Shown piece by piece: positions 55,290-64,000 of a stretch of DNA of 64,000 nt; the first letter of the stretch is position 1; each line of letters opens with the position of its first letter. The notes under the pieces were generated by a model that was given only the letters and a program-made list of their open reading frames with translations, searched no databases and had not been told where the DNA came from. Source of the DNA: Candidatus Eiseniibacteriota bacterium (lineage in GTDB: Bacteria > Eisenbacteria > RBG-16-71-46); contig CAVUWA010000002.1 in the NCBI GenBank assembly GCA_963744995.1, forward strand, positions 763,302-827,301, read 5' to 3'. The position numbers and the translations under genes are program-made.

Positions 55290-57667
55290 CGGATCACCAC
55301 GAACTTGCCGCGCTGGGTGCCGAACGGGGAGTCCACCGTGAACAGGTAGATCCCCGATTCCACCTCCTGGCCGTTGCGCGAGACCAGGTCCCACGCGGCT
55401 TCGCCGGCGCCCGCGCGGCCGTCGTGGTGGATCACCTGCACCAGATCGCCGGCGACGGTCCAGATCTTGAGCGTGGCCTCGGCCTTCGGCATGCCCATGA
55501 AGTCGATGTGGCGGGTGCGGATGTCGCCGCTCACCGGCGGGCGCTCCCAGGCGGCCGAGGCGCGGAACGGGTTCGGCACCACCCACACCCCGCGACCCGA
55601 CGCGATCGCCTCCACGCGCGGGGTCACGCGCTCGTCGAACGAGGCGAGCAGCGCGCTCTCGAGCGGCGTGTGCAGGAAGCTGCCGTTCGGCTGGCGGCTC
55701 ACGTAGTCGTACATCGAGGTGACGACGTAGACGTAGTCGAAGCCGTTGAGCGGCGTGTCGTCGACGAACCGGTAGTGGCCCGGGGGATAGAGCTTCTTCT
55801 CGAACAGGATGCGCTCGTAGTCGACCGTGGAGTCGATCGTGGCAGTGAGTGCGGCGGCGCCGTCGAGCGGATCGTCGCTGAACACGCGGCGGATGGACCA
55901 CTGGCGGCGCTCCGGGAGCAGGGCGCCGCGACCGCTCCAGTCGTCGATCCGGTAGAGCCGGTATCCGAGGAAGCGCGACTCACGCGAGCCGTACTGACCG
56001 CCGGCAAGGAGCACCTCGGGCCGGTTGTCCCACTCGATCGTCACCCTGTGGTCGCCGGGGGTGACCCGCCAGCCGGGCGGCGGTGGGACTGCGCCGGGAT
56101 CGGTCCAGTGCAGGTGCGTCTCGCGTCCGCCGAAACCGGTGCACGGATCGCAGTCGGCGTCGGTCCAGATGCAGCTGTCTGCGGTGTAGGTGACCGCAGG
56201 GCCCGTGAACTCGCAACCGGGGAACTTGGTGGTGTTGTAGCAGTGTGGATCCCATTCGAACGTCACGCCCGGCGGCGCCGAGATACAGGACTCGTGACCA
56301 TTCAGACCCGACTCGCCCGAGTACCAGACCGTCGAGTCGGCCGTCTCGATGTCCGGGAGTAGATCAGCGAGCACCCCATCGTGATGCCGCAGCGCATCGG
56401 TCCCCACGGCGTCCACGCTGTCGGCGGCCGGGGCGACGATCAGCGCCGCCGAGAACGTGATCGACTGACCCGGTTCGAGCCTTGCGAACGGGCCGCACGA
56501 GACCAGCGCCACGTAGTCCGCGCCGTCGTCTTCGTCCGGCGCCTGCGTGAGCTGCCCGGCGAGCGCCGCATAGCGAGCCAGATCGGTCGTCGGCACACCA
56601 CCCTGCCCGGGTGGACGGTCCCTCGCGAAAATCAGGTTGCGGAACGACACACGGCTCGGCGCGCGCGCGTAACGGGCGGCGGGCGGGATCAGGCCGAGCG
56701 GATCGGTGGTGTGATCGAGTCCGATGACCGCGATTCGCGCCGGCGCGGATGATGAGGCGTCGCCGACCACCAGCGCGCGGCCGGTCACGGTCCGGATGCA
56801 CGGTTCGGGCGGCGGGACGCCAGGACCGGGGACGCACTTGATCACGTCCCGCCGCGGGCCTTCCCACGTGATGGTGTTGATCCCGAGTCCGTCGTTCACC
56901 GAGAATCCCCACGTCGCGCGCCCGATCCGGTCGTTGATGTGGCCGGACGGATCCTCGCGGCGCCGCGAGTCGAGGTCGGCATAGAGACCCACGTAGACGT
57001 CGGTCAGCGTCTCGCTGGAGTGGTTGGTGATGGTGTACTTCAACGCCGCCCAGCGATCGTACCCGGGGCGTCCCCAGCCGAGGACCTCCTGGTGCACCGA
57101 CAACCCGAGCGGGACGTGATTCTCGACGCCGGTGCTGAAACGCACCGCCTCCGGCTGGTCGTCGGTGTAATCGGCGGCGAGCAGCTGATCGGCGGCCAGA
57201 CCGATGTCCTCGTCCACCTCGCCGTCGTGGTCGTCGTCTCGACCGTTCAGGGTCTCTTCGTCGATCGCGCCGTCGCCGTCGTCGTCCACCAGCCACAGGC
57301 TGCCGAGCCGCCCGCGCCTCGCCTCGACCACCCGGTCGCTCGGGTCCAGCGTCGGCCGCCATTCGAGGAGCGGGTCGCCGGAGACGCGGATCACCCCGTC
57401 GGCGTTGCGCGCGCCCACCCACAGCGAAGCGTAGTTCAGCATCTCGTAGCCGGAGTAGGCGGGGTATTCGAGCGACGGGTCGAACGAACGACCTTCGGAG
57501 AAGAACGCGTTGCCGACGATGCCGGCGTTGGTCACGCGCATGCGGAAGGCGCCGACGTCCAGCACGGGACCCTTGTCCCCGATGTCTAGCACTGCGAATG
57601 CGCGGGCGGGAAACAGGGTGAAAAGGATGCACAGCGCGAAGGTGAATCGGCGCGTCGGCAGCTTCAA
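55286..57667 (-). CDS. Large secreted protein with Asp-rich Ca2+-binding loops, a Cys-rich module and a C-terminal FlgD-Ig/Por-type sorting domain (first gene)
   Basis: DDDGDGAIDEETLNGRDDDHDGEVDED; ...CISAPPGVTFEWDPHCYNTTKFPGCEFTG...CDPCTGFGG. Tail VWVVPNPFRASAAW...GIYLFTVDS...KFVVIR. Probable TTG start (LKLPTRRFTFALCILFTLFPARAFA) after AGGAG. Uncertain by about 80 nt. Confidence 0.7.
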   Translation of the reverse strand: MKLPTRRFTFALCILFTLFPARAFAVLDIGDKGPVLDVGAFRMRVTNAGIVGNAFFSEGRSFDPSLEYPAYSGYEMLNYASLWVGARNADGVIRVSGDPLLEWRPTLDPSDRVVEARRGRLGSLWLVDDDGDGAIDEETLNGRDDDHDGEVDEDIGLAADQLLAADYTDDQPEAVRFSTGVENHVPLGLSVHQEVLGWGRPGYDRWAALKYTITNHSSETLTDVYVGLYADLDSRRREDPSGHINDRIGRATWGFSVNDGLGINTITWEGPRRDVIKCVPGPGVPPPEPCIRTVTGRALVVGDASSSAPARIAVIGLDHTTDPLGLIPPAARYARAPSRVSFRNLIFARDRPPGQGGVPTTDLARYAALAGQLTQAPDEDDGADYVALVSCGPFARLEPGQSITFSAALIVAPAADSVDAVGTDALRHHDGVLADLLPDIETADSTVWYSGESGLNGHESCISAPPGVTFEWDPHCYNTTKFPGCEFTGPAVTYTADSCIWTDADCDPCTGFGGRETHLHWTDPGAVPPPPGWRVTPGDHRVTIEWDNRPEVLLAGGQYGSRESRFLGYRLYRIDDWSGRGALLPERRQWSIRRVFSDDPLDGAAALTATIDSTVDYERILFEKKLYPPGHYRFVDDTPLNGFDYVYVVTSMYDYVSRQPNGSFLHTPLESALLASFDERVTPRVEAIASGRGVWVVPNPFRASAAWERPPVSGDIRTRHIDFMGMPKAEATLKIWTVAGDLVQVIHHDGRAGAGEAAWDLVSRNGQEVESGIYLFTVDSPFGTQRGKFVVIR

Positions 57668-57844
57668 AGAGGACTCACTCCTGGGGGAGTCTGTGGGAGG
57701 GAAAACGTGCGAACGAGAATACCACCAACCGCGCCGCCGCCGTGGCACATCTGCGCGGCCCGCGGCTCACGGCGTGCCGCCGTAACGAGTTCGGACTTTG
57801 CGCTTGACGCCGGGCGCGACTGCGCACAAGGTAGGCGCAGACAT

Positions 57845-58095
57845 CTTCCGCGGTGCCCGCAAACAGCGGGGTAATAGGGAAGGGGGTGCGATTCCCCCAC
57901 GGTCCCGCCACTGTGATGGGTTCCCGGAGTCTCATGCGCCACTGATCCCCTGGATCGGGAAGGCGAGGCTCCGACGGCCCTCAGTCAGGAAACCTGCCCG
58001 GAAGCCATCGCTCGCAGCGCTTCGTGAGAAGGCGTTGAGGCGTTCGGCGCTCCCAGGGCTCCGTCGCTTCGCCCCCGCGAAGACGGAGCTTTTCG
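57845..58095 (+). ncRNA. Cobalamin (B12) riboswitch with an intrinsic-terminator expression platform
   Basis: ggtgcccgcaaacagcggggtaatagggaagggggtgcgattcccc...gccactgtgatgg...gggaaggc...gccctcagtcaggaaacctgcccgg contains the conserved B12-box. It is followed by the hairpin ccgtcgcttcgc-cccc-gcgaagacgg plus agcuuuucg, which overlaps the btuB RBS. Confidence 0.85.
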
Positions 58096-58096
58096 A

Positions 58097-60199
58097 TTGG
58101 GCGCGGGCAACGCCGTGATCGTCGCACTCGTTCTCCTCATGTCTCTGGCGCTCGCGCACGACGCGGACGCGGCGCGCACGGCGCCGTTCGCCGAGGTCCG
58201 CCGCGATGCGCGGGGAGCCGCGGTGGCCGACTCCGCCGCCCCGCCGGCGCCGAACTCCGCCGCGCTCGAGACAAGGCTCGACTCGGTAGTGGTGCTGCCC
58301 GAGGTGGTGGTCGAGCGCGAACGGGCGCTCGACGCCGCGCGGCGCCGGCGCCCGACGGGTTTCGTCACCGAGCTGTCCCCGGACGCCGTGCCGCGCACGT
58401 ACGAGACGGCGGCCGACCTCTTGCGTCAGGCGGCCGGCGTGCACGTCGTCCAGTACGGCGGGCTCGGCGCGTTCAGCACCGTGTCGCTGCGCGGCGCGCC
58501 GGCGGGGCAGGTCGCCGTGTACGTGGATGGCGTGCCCATGCAGTCGGCGGCGCGGACCGTGGTGAATCTCGCCGAGCTGCCGATGGGTTCGATCGAGACG
58601 ATCGAGGTCTATCGCGGTGGCGCCCCGCTGTCGCTCGGGCCCGGGCGTCCGGGCGGCGCGATCCAGCTCACCACGGCGATCGGCGCCGGCGCGAGCGCGC
58701 GGGTGACGCGCGGCTCGTTCGACACGTGGGACGTGGCCGCGCGTGCCGGGGCGACGCGCGGCGCGTTCGCCGCCGCCGTACACGGGGGCTATCAGGGTTC
58801 GGACGGCGACTACCGCTATCTGAACGACAACGGCACGCCGTTCAACCCCGGTGACGACGTCGAGGCCGTGCGCGTGAACAACCGCTTCGACATGGCGCAC
58901 GGTGGCGCGCGGCTCGAATGGCGGCCGGACGACCGCTGGCGCGTGCGGGCGGCGGGGAAAATCGAGCGGCAGGGGCAGGGGTTCCCCGGGCTCGGCTCGA
59001 TCCCGGCGCTCGACGCGCGCGCGCGGCTGCTCTCGGGCGACGTGCAGTCGTCGATCGAGCGATGGTTTTCCGGCGGCGGGCGCGTCGAGTGGTCGGGACT
59101 CTGGCAGGCGGACCGGCGTCGCTTCGGGGATCCGATGGGCCGGCTCGGGCTCGGGCGGCACCTGACCGACGATCGCTTTCGCGCGATCCAGACCGCGCTG
59201 CACCTGGAGACGCCGGAGCGTTTCGACGTGCGCCTCGAAGGCGGCGTGTCGCTCCGGGGCGAGCGCGCCACGCTGCGCGATGCGCTGGACGGGCGGCCGG
59301 ATCCGCCGCCGAGCACGCGGCGCACGCAGAGCGCCCGGGCGGGGGTGCGCTGGAGGCCGGGCGCGGGGCCGGTGCTGCTGGTCGCGGACCAGCGCTGGGA
59401 CCGGTCGAGCGATCGCCTGCATGCGGCGACGCCCGGACCCGCAGGGGGGCTCGAGACCGTGCGCGAGACGCGCTCGCCGGAACTCGGTGCGCGGCTCATG
59501 CTCGGGGGCGGCGTCGAGCTGCGCGCGAACTGGGCGCAGGCCGAACGCGTACCCGACTTCCTCGAACTGTTCGGCGATCAGGGCGGCGTGAGCGGGAACC
59601 CGTCGCTGCGGCCCGAGCGCGTCGTGAGCCGTGACGCCGGCCTCGCCTGGTCGGGCCGCATGCCGCTCGTCCCGCGTGCTTCGCTCGCGTGGGCGCACTT
59701 CGAATCGAACGGCGAGGACTTCATCGTCTTCGTCAGACAGTCGCAGACCGCGGTCAAGGCGCAGAACGTCGCGCGCGCACGGATCCGCGGCGAAGAACTC
59801 TCGCTGGCGGGAGAGTTGCCGCTGGGCTTCGAGCTGGCCGCCGCGCTGACGTGGCAATCCGCGATCGACCAGGGCGACGTGCCGTTCTGGCGCGGCCACC
59901 GCCTGCCGCAGCGCCCCGGCCGGGAGTCGTACGCACGACTCGGCTGGAAGGGCGGCGTGCTGCGCGCCTCGCTCGAAGGCCGCTTCGTCGGCGACAGCTA
60001 CCGCGACCGCGCCAACCAGCAGCGCGTGCCGAGCCGCACGCTGGTCGACGCGTCATTTTCGTGGACGCCCGGCGACGGTCCGTTCCGCTTCACGCTCGAA
60101 GGCCGCAACCTCGGCGACCGCCGCGTGGCCGACGTCGCCGGCTACCCGCTGCCCGGGCGCAGCCTGCTCGCTTCCATCGACTGGCACGCGGGCCGCTGA
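58097..60199 (+). CDS. btuB: TonB-dependent receptor, probable cobalamin transporter
   Basis: TTG start after a GGAG RBS. Signal peptide; plug ...VVVLPEVVVE..., ...IETIEVYRGGAPLSLG... Lies directly downstream of the B12 riboswitch. Confidence 0.85.
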   Translation: MGAGNAVIVALVLLMSLALAHDADAARTAPFAEVRRDARGAAVADSAAPPAPNSAALETRLDSVVVLPEVVVERERALDAARRRRPTGFVTELSPDAVPRTYETAADLLRQAAGVHVVQYGGLGAFSTVSLRGAPAGQVAVYVDGVPMQSAARTVVNLAELPMGSIETIEVYRGGAPLSLGPGRPGGAIQLTTAIGAGASARVTRGSFDTWDVAARAGATRGAFAAAVHGGYQGSDGDYRYLNDNGTPFNPGDDVEAVRVNNRFDMAHGGARLEWRPDDRWRVRAAGKIERQGQGFPGLGSIPALDARARLLSGDVQSSIERWFSGGGRVEWSGLWQADRRRFGDPMGRLGLGRHLTDDRFRAIQTALHLETPERFDVRLEGGVSLRGERATLRDALDGRPDPPPSTRRTQSARAGVRWRPGAGPVLLVADQRWDRSSDRLHAATPGPAGGLETVRETRSPELGARLMLGGGVELRANWAQAERVPDFLELFGDQGGVSGNPSLRPERVVSRDAGLAWSGRMPLVPRASLAWAHFESNGEDFIVFVRQSQTAVKAQNVARARIRGEELSLAGELPLGFELAAALTWQSAIDQGDVPFWRGHRLPQRPGRESYARLGWKGGVLRASLEGRFVGDSYRDRANQQRVPSRTLVDASFSWTPGDGPFRFTLEGRNLGDRRVADVAGYPLPGRSLLASIDWHAGR

Positions 60200-60222
60200 C
60201 GGCACGCGCTTCCGGAGGTTCC

Positions 60223-61623
60223 ATGCATCCCGCAGGACTGCTCAGGCCGGTTCTCTTCGCCCTGCTGATCGCCGCCACCCCCGTCGCCGCCGCGGAGACC
60301 ACGGCGTACGTGGTCACCACCGACTTCGCGACCGGCAACATGGCGTCGATCTCGCTCGACACGCACGCGGTCGCCGCGAACGTGGCCAGCGTCCATTCCG
60401 ACGCGCGCGCGCGCTGGCACGACGGGCTGCTGTACGTGGTCAACCGCTACGGCCAGGACAACGTCCAGGTGGTGGACCCCGCACAGGGCTTCGCCACGAT
60501 CCGTCAGTTCTCGACCGGGCCGGGCTCGAACCCGCACGACATCGCCTTCATCAGTCCGACGAAGGCCTATGTGACGCGCTTCGAACTCGGCGACCTGCTG
60601 ATCGTGAACCCGCAGAACGGGGCCACGCTCGGGGTGATCCCGCTCGGTGCGTTCGCCGACGCCGACGGCATCCCCGAAATGGACCAGATGGTCCGCGTCG
60701 GCACGCGCGTGTTCGTGAGCCTCGAGCGGCTCGACCGCAACAACGGTTTCGTGCCCGCCGACTCGAGCCTGGTGGCGGTGATCGACACGCAGGCCGACAC
60801 CGTGATCGACGCGAACCCGCTGCAGGCCGGAATCCAGGCGATCCGCCTGCAGGGCACGCAGCCGTTCACCGAGTTCGCGTTCGACAAACCCACGTCGCGG
60901 CTGCTGATCGGCTGTGTCGGGAATTTCGGCGTGATGGACGGCGGCATCGAGCGCATCGATCCGGTGAATCTCGTGAGCGGCGGGTTCGCAATCAGCGAGG
61001 CGCAGCTCGGCGGCGACGTCAACGACCTCGTGTGGGACGGCCCCGCGCGCTCGTTCGCGATCGTCAGCGACGCCTCCTACAACACGCTGCTGGTCGCCTT
61101 CGACGCGAACGCCGGCGCGGTCACCGACACCGTGTTCGCGCCGGGCGGCTACAGCCTGGCCGACGCCGCGCTCGACGACCGCGGCGAGCTGTACGTCGCG
61201 AAGAACGATTTCAGCGCCCCCGGCGTGTTCGTGTTCGATGCCGCGACGGGTGCCGCGCTCGCCGGTCCCCTGAATACCGGGCTGCCGCCGTTCCAGATCG
61301 TGTTCGACGAGGAGAACGGGCAGGTGGCTTCGGTGCCGCGCGCCGGCGGCATCGCGCTCGCGCCGCCGTGGCCGAACCCGGCATCGCGGGAGGTGCAGTT
61401 CTCGGTCGCGCTGGAGCAGGCCGGCGAGCTCGACGTCGGTGTCTACGACGCCGCCGGTCGGCGCGTCCGCACCCTGTTCGCAGGTTCCGCCGCGGCGGGG
61501 ATCCGCGCACTGCGCTGGGATCTCACGAGCGCCGGCGGCCGCCGTGCCCCCGCGGGGCTCTACTGGCTGAGCGTCGCGGGCGCGGGCGCGCGGCGGACGC
61601 GGCGGGTCGTCGTGCTGCCGTAG
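60223..61623 (+). CDS. Secreted beta-propeller-like protein with a C-terminal FlgD-Ig/Por-type sorting domain; candidate surface B12-binding (BtuG-like) accessory protein
   Basis: GGAGGTT RBS; signal peptide MHPAGLLRPVLFALLIAATPVAAA. Repeated ...Y(V/A)...D...V blades. Tail ...PPWPNPASREVQFSV...GLYWLSV...RRVVVLP. Starts 24 nt after btuB. Confidence 0.75.
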   Translation: MHPAGLLRPVLFALLIAATPVAAAETTAYVVTTDFATGNMASISLDTHAVAANVASVHSDARARWHDGLLYVVNRYGQDNVQVVDPAQGFATIRQFSTGPGSNPHDIAFISPTKAYVTRFELGDLLIVNPQNGATLGVIPLGAFADADGIPEMDQMVRVGTRVFVSLERLDRNNGFVPADSSLVAVIDTQADTVIDANPLQAGIQAIRLQGTQPFTEFAFDKPTSRLLIGCVGNFGVMDGGIERIDPVNLVSGGFAISEAQLGGDVNDLVWDGPARSFAIVSDASYNTLLVAFDANAGAVTDTVFAPGGYSLADAALDDRGELYVAKNDFSAPGVFVFDAATGAALAGPLNTGLPPFQIVFDEENGQVASVPRAGGIALAPPWPNPASREVQFSVALEQAGELDVGVYDAAGRRVRTLFAGSAAAGIRALRWDLTSAGGRRAPAGLYWLSVAGAGARRTRRVVVLP

Positions 61624-61710
61624 CCCCGCCGGGCCGCGTCGCCGGCCCCACCGCGGCCGCGTGGACGCGCGGGCCCCGCCGCGGCGGGGCCCCGCATCCT
61701 CCGCTCACGG

Positions 61711-63705
61711 CTACCGCAACTCGGCGCTCGCCCCCGCCACCTTCTTCCACGGCTCCTTGCGACCGCCCAGGTATTTCGCCAGGAACTCCTCGGTGCGTCC
61801 GTTGAAGTCCTCGCCGTTGGCCGGCCGGCCGAAGCCGTGGCCTTCGTCGGGATAGACCACGTACGTCACGTCGCGCCCGTGACGGCGCATGGCCTCGACG
61901 ATCTGGTTCGATGACGCGATCGTCACCCGCGGGTCGTTGGCGCCGTGCCCGATCAGCAGCGGCGCGCGGATCGTGTCCACGTGGTACAGCGGCGAGATCG
62001 CCCGGTTCAGCGAATCGTCGTGCATGACGTCGCCGACGCGCGAAATCCAGCGCTTGAGACGCGGCTTCCAGTAGGGTGGGAAGGAGGCGATCAGAACGCG
62101 CAGGTCCGAAGGGCCGACGACGTCCACGCCGCAGGCGTAGAGCTCCGGCGTGAACGCGAGCCCGGCGAGCGTCGCGTAGCCGCCGTAGGAGCCGCCCATG
62201 ATCCCGATCCGCTTCGGGTCGGCGATGCCCTGTGCGATTGCCCAGCGCACGCCGTCGCTGACGTCCTGCTGCATGTGACCGGTGCCCATCTGGCCCGTGC
62301 TGGCCGCCACGAACGCGTTGCCGAACCCGGTCGAGCCGCGGAATTCAGGCTGCAGAACCGCGTAGCCCCGGTTGGCGAGCCACTGCACCTCCAGATTGAA
62401 GCCCCACTCGTCGCGCGCCCACGGGCCGCCATGCGGCATCACCACCATCGGCAGATGCTTTGCCGGCACGCCGACCGGCAGCGTCAGAAACGCCGAGATC
62501 TCGAGGCCGTCGCCGGCCTCGTAGGTCACCGGCTTCATCGGCGCGAACGTGTACTTGTCCAGCCCCGGCCGGTGCTCGAACAGCAGCTCGAGGTCGCCGC
62601 TCCGCCGATCGTAGACGTAGTACGCACCGGGATGAACGTCCGAATAGAACGCCACGATCCAGCGCCGGTCGTCGCGATCGCGGCTCACGACGTCGAACGC
62701 CCCTTTGCCTGCCTCGCGCAGGCGCGCGAAGTCCTTTTCGAGCGCAGGATCGACGACCCGCCACTCGGGAATCATCCGGTGCACCCTGTAGGCCTGAATC
62801 GCATCGTTCACGGGCGAGGTCATCACGGCCACCGGGAAGAATTCCTGTGACACGCTGAGCGCGTTGTAGAGGTCGTTCTTCGGGTCGGCCGGGATCAGGT
62901 CGTGCTGCGCGCCGCTCGCGAGGTCGACCTCGACGATGCGCGTGGTATTGGAGCCGACACAGGACTGCACGCGCAGCGCACGGCCGTCGGGCGAAAAGCC
63001 GAGCACGCGCTGGAAGCGATCGAACCCCGCCTCCTCGAACGACCACTTCAGCAGGTCGCGCCACGGTCCGCCCGCTTCGTCGCGCACCCGGATGATCGCG
63101 CTGCCCTGGTCGTCGATGGCCGCGCACGCGCGGATGTGGAAGTCGGCGTCGGCCACCCATTCGACCACGCCGCCCGGGTTTTCGGCCTCGAGCGTGACGT
63201 CGCCCGTCTCGAGGTTCACCCGGTACATGTCGATGACGGCCGGATCGCGCCGGTTGAGGCCCACCAGAACCACGTCGCGGTGGCGCGGGTCGGTGAGCAG
63301 GTTCGCGGCGCGCACGCCGGGGAACGGCGTCAGGTCGCGCGCGGCGCCCCCCGCGAGGTCGGTGGACCACAGGTGCCAGTTCTCGTCGCCGTCGCGGTCC
63401 TGGATGTAGAGCAGCCGGTCGCCGGCGGGGGCCCACGCGTAGGCGTAGACCCCGCGCTTCGTCGCGCGGGTGAGCTGGCGATCTTCGCGGGTGCCGACCT
63501 TCCGCACGAACAGATTGCGGATCCCCCCCTCTCCGGCGCCGGCGAAGGCGAGGTGGACGCCGTCCGGCGAGATCTGCGGATCGCCGTGGTCGGCCGGGGC
63601 GAACAGTTCGGCGCGCGGCACGAGCGGCGGCAGGGCCGCCGTCGCGGGCATCGTGGCGCCCAGCAGCAGCAGCACGGCGAGCATCGAAGCGAAATGGAAA
63701 GCCAT
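61711..63705 (-). CDS. S9-family serine peptidase (prolyl-oligopeptidase/acylaminoacyl-peptidase-like): N-terminal beta-propeller plus C-terminal alpha/beta hydrolase
   Basis: Signal peptide MAFHFASMLAVLLLLGATMPATAA. ...SPDG... blades. Nucleophile GGSYGG, ...DDSLNRA..., ...GHG. AGGAGA RBS. Confidence 0.85.
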   Translation of the reverse strand: MAFHFASMLAVLLLLGATMPATAALPPLVPRAELFAPADHGDPQISPDGVHLAFAGAGEGGIRNLFVRKVGTREDRQLTRATKRGVYAYAWAPAGDRLLYIQDRDGDENWHLWSTDLAGGAARDLTPFPGVRAANLLTDPRHRDVVLVGLNRRDPAVIDMYRVNLETGDVTLEAENPGGVVEWVADADFHIRACAAIDDQGSAIIRVRDEAGGPWRDLLKWSFEEAGFDRFQRVLGFSPDGRALRVQSCVGSNTTRIVEVDLASGAQHDLIPADPKNDLYNALSVSQEFFPVAVMTSPVNDAIQAYRVHRMIPEWRVVDPALEKDFARLREAGKGAFDVVSRDRDDRRWIVAFYSDVHPGAYYVYDRRSGDLELLFEHRPGLDKYTFAPMKPVTYEAGDGLEISAFLTLPVGVPAKHLPMVVMPHGGPWARDEWGFNLEVQWLANRGYAVLQPEFRGSTGFGNAFVAASTGQMGTGHMQQDVSDGVRWAIAQGIADPKRIGIMGGSYGGYATLAGLAFTPELYACGVDVVGPSDLRVLIASFPPYWKPRLKRWISRVGDVMHDDSLNRAISPLYHVDTIRAPLLIGHGANDPRVTIASSNQIVEAMRRHGRDVTYVVYPDEGHGFGRPANGEDFNGRTEEFLAKYLGGRKEPWKKVAGASAELR

Positions 63706-63895
63706 GGCGTCTCCTGACAGGGTGTCTCGGGTCGACCGACTGGTGTGGTGAGAACGCTTTGCATCCGGACGGCCGTGAGCCATCATCGCACGCTACGCGC
63801 CCGGCGGCGCGAATGTTTCGGGCGCGGCCCGGCGCCGCCGGACGGATCGGAATCGCGGACCTGCGCCGCAGGGCACATCGAACGGGAGGGAGAGG

Positions 63896-64000
63896 ATGGT
63901 CGAGAAGCCGAAGTTCGCCGGAACGCTGCGCCGCGCGACCGCGGTCCCCCACGCGCCGGGACATCGCGGCATGCATCGCGTTCACCTCGCCGGACTGGCC
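63896..64000 (+). CDS. 5' fragment of an unidentified gene running off the window
   Basis: GGGAGGGAGAGG RBS, then ATG and an open frame to the window end (MVEKPKFAGTLRRATAV...). Confidence 0.3.
   Translation, partial: MVEKPKFAGTLRRATAVPHAPGHRGMHRVHLAGLA

Noticed and set aside
1-64000. Search for CRISPR arrays, tRNA/rRNA genes, transposases/integrases, toxin-antitoxin pairs
   Set aside because: No direct-repeat/spacer arrays, no cloverleaf-like conserved tRNA blocks in the few non-coding gaps, and no recombinase or transposase-like ORFs were seen. The window looks like core chromosome.

Overview
This is a 64-kb chromosomal window of about 70% GC, with no obvious mobile elements, CRISPR arrays or tRNA genes. 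I read about 60 coding genes. Because of the GC content, nearly every frame carries long shadow ORFs. I called genes from recognisable protein families, RBS and start context, signal peptides, and the frequent 4-nt ATGA (or 1-nt) stop/start overlaps. The combination of TonB-dependent receptors, many FlgD-Ig/Por-type C-terminal sorting domains and high GC suggests Gemmatimonadota or a related FCB-group bacterium (inference).

Main features recognised:
- A DNA-repair operon EVE–ligA–polX, with a frameshifted pruA upstream, two ICMT-family methyltransferase paralogs, and a MoaD-like β-grasp protein coupled to a BNR-repeat protein.
- A Memo-like protein with an N-terminal PqqD/RRE-like domain.
- A TonB receptor, a Ser/Thr kinase with a PD40 propeller, and a sulfatase–dienelactone-hydrolase fusion.
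- A b-type cytochrome paired with a Tat-exported molybdoenzyme.
- glpD–glpK, an ATL alkyltransferase-like protein, an aldo/keto reductase, modABC, fabI, a KimA-type K+ transporter with an apparently leaderless promoter, and a family-5-like UDG.
- A three-gene, translationally coupled operon of large surface proteins.
- A well-conserved cobalamin riboswitch with a terminator expression platform, followed by btuB and a β-propeller protein with a T9SS C-terminal sorting domain (a possible BtuG-like B12-capture protein).
- An S9 peptidase.

Three unrelated proteins (PolX, a BNR-repeat protein, an aldo/keto reductase) end in Lys/Ala-rich histone-H1-like tails. The PolX tail is visible as a DNA tandem repeat.
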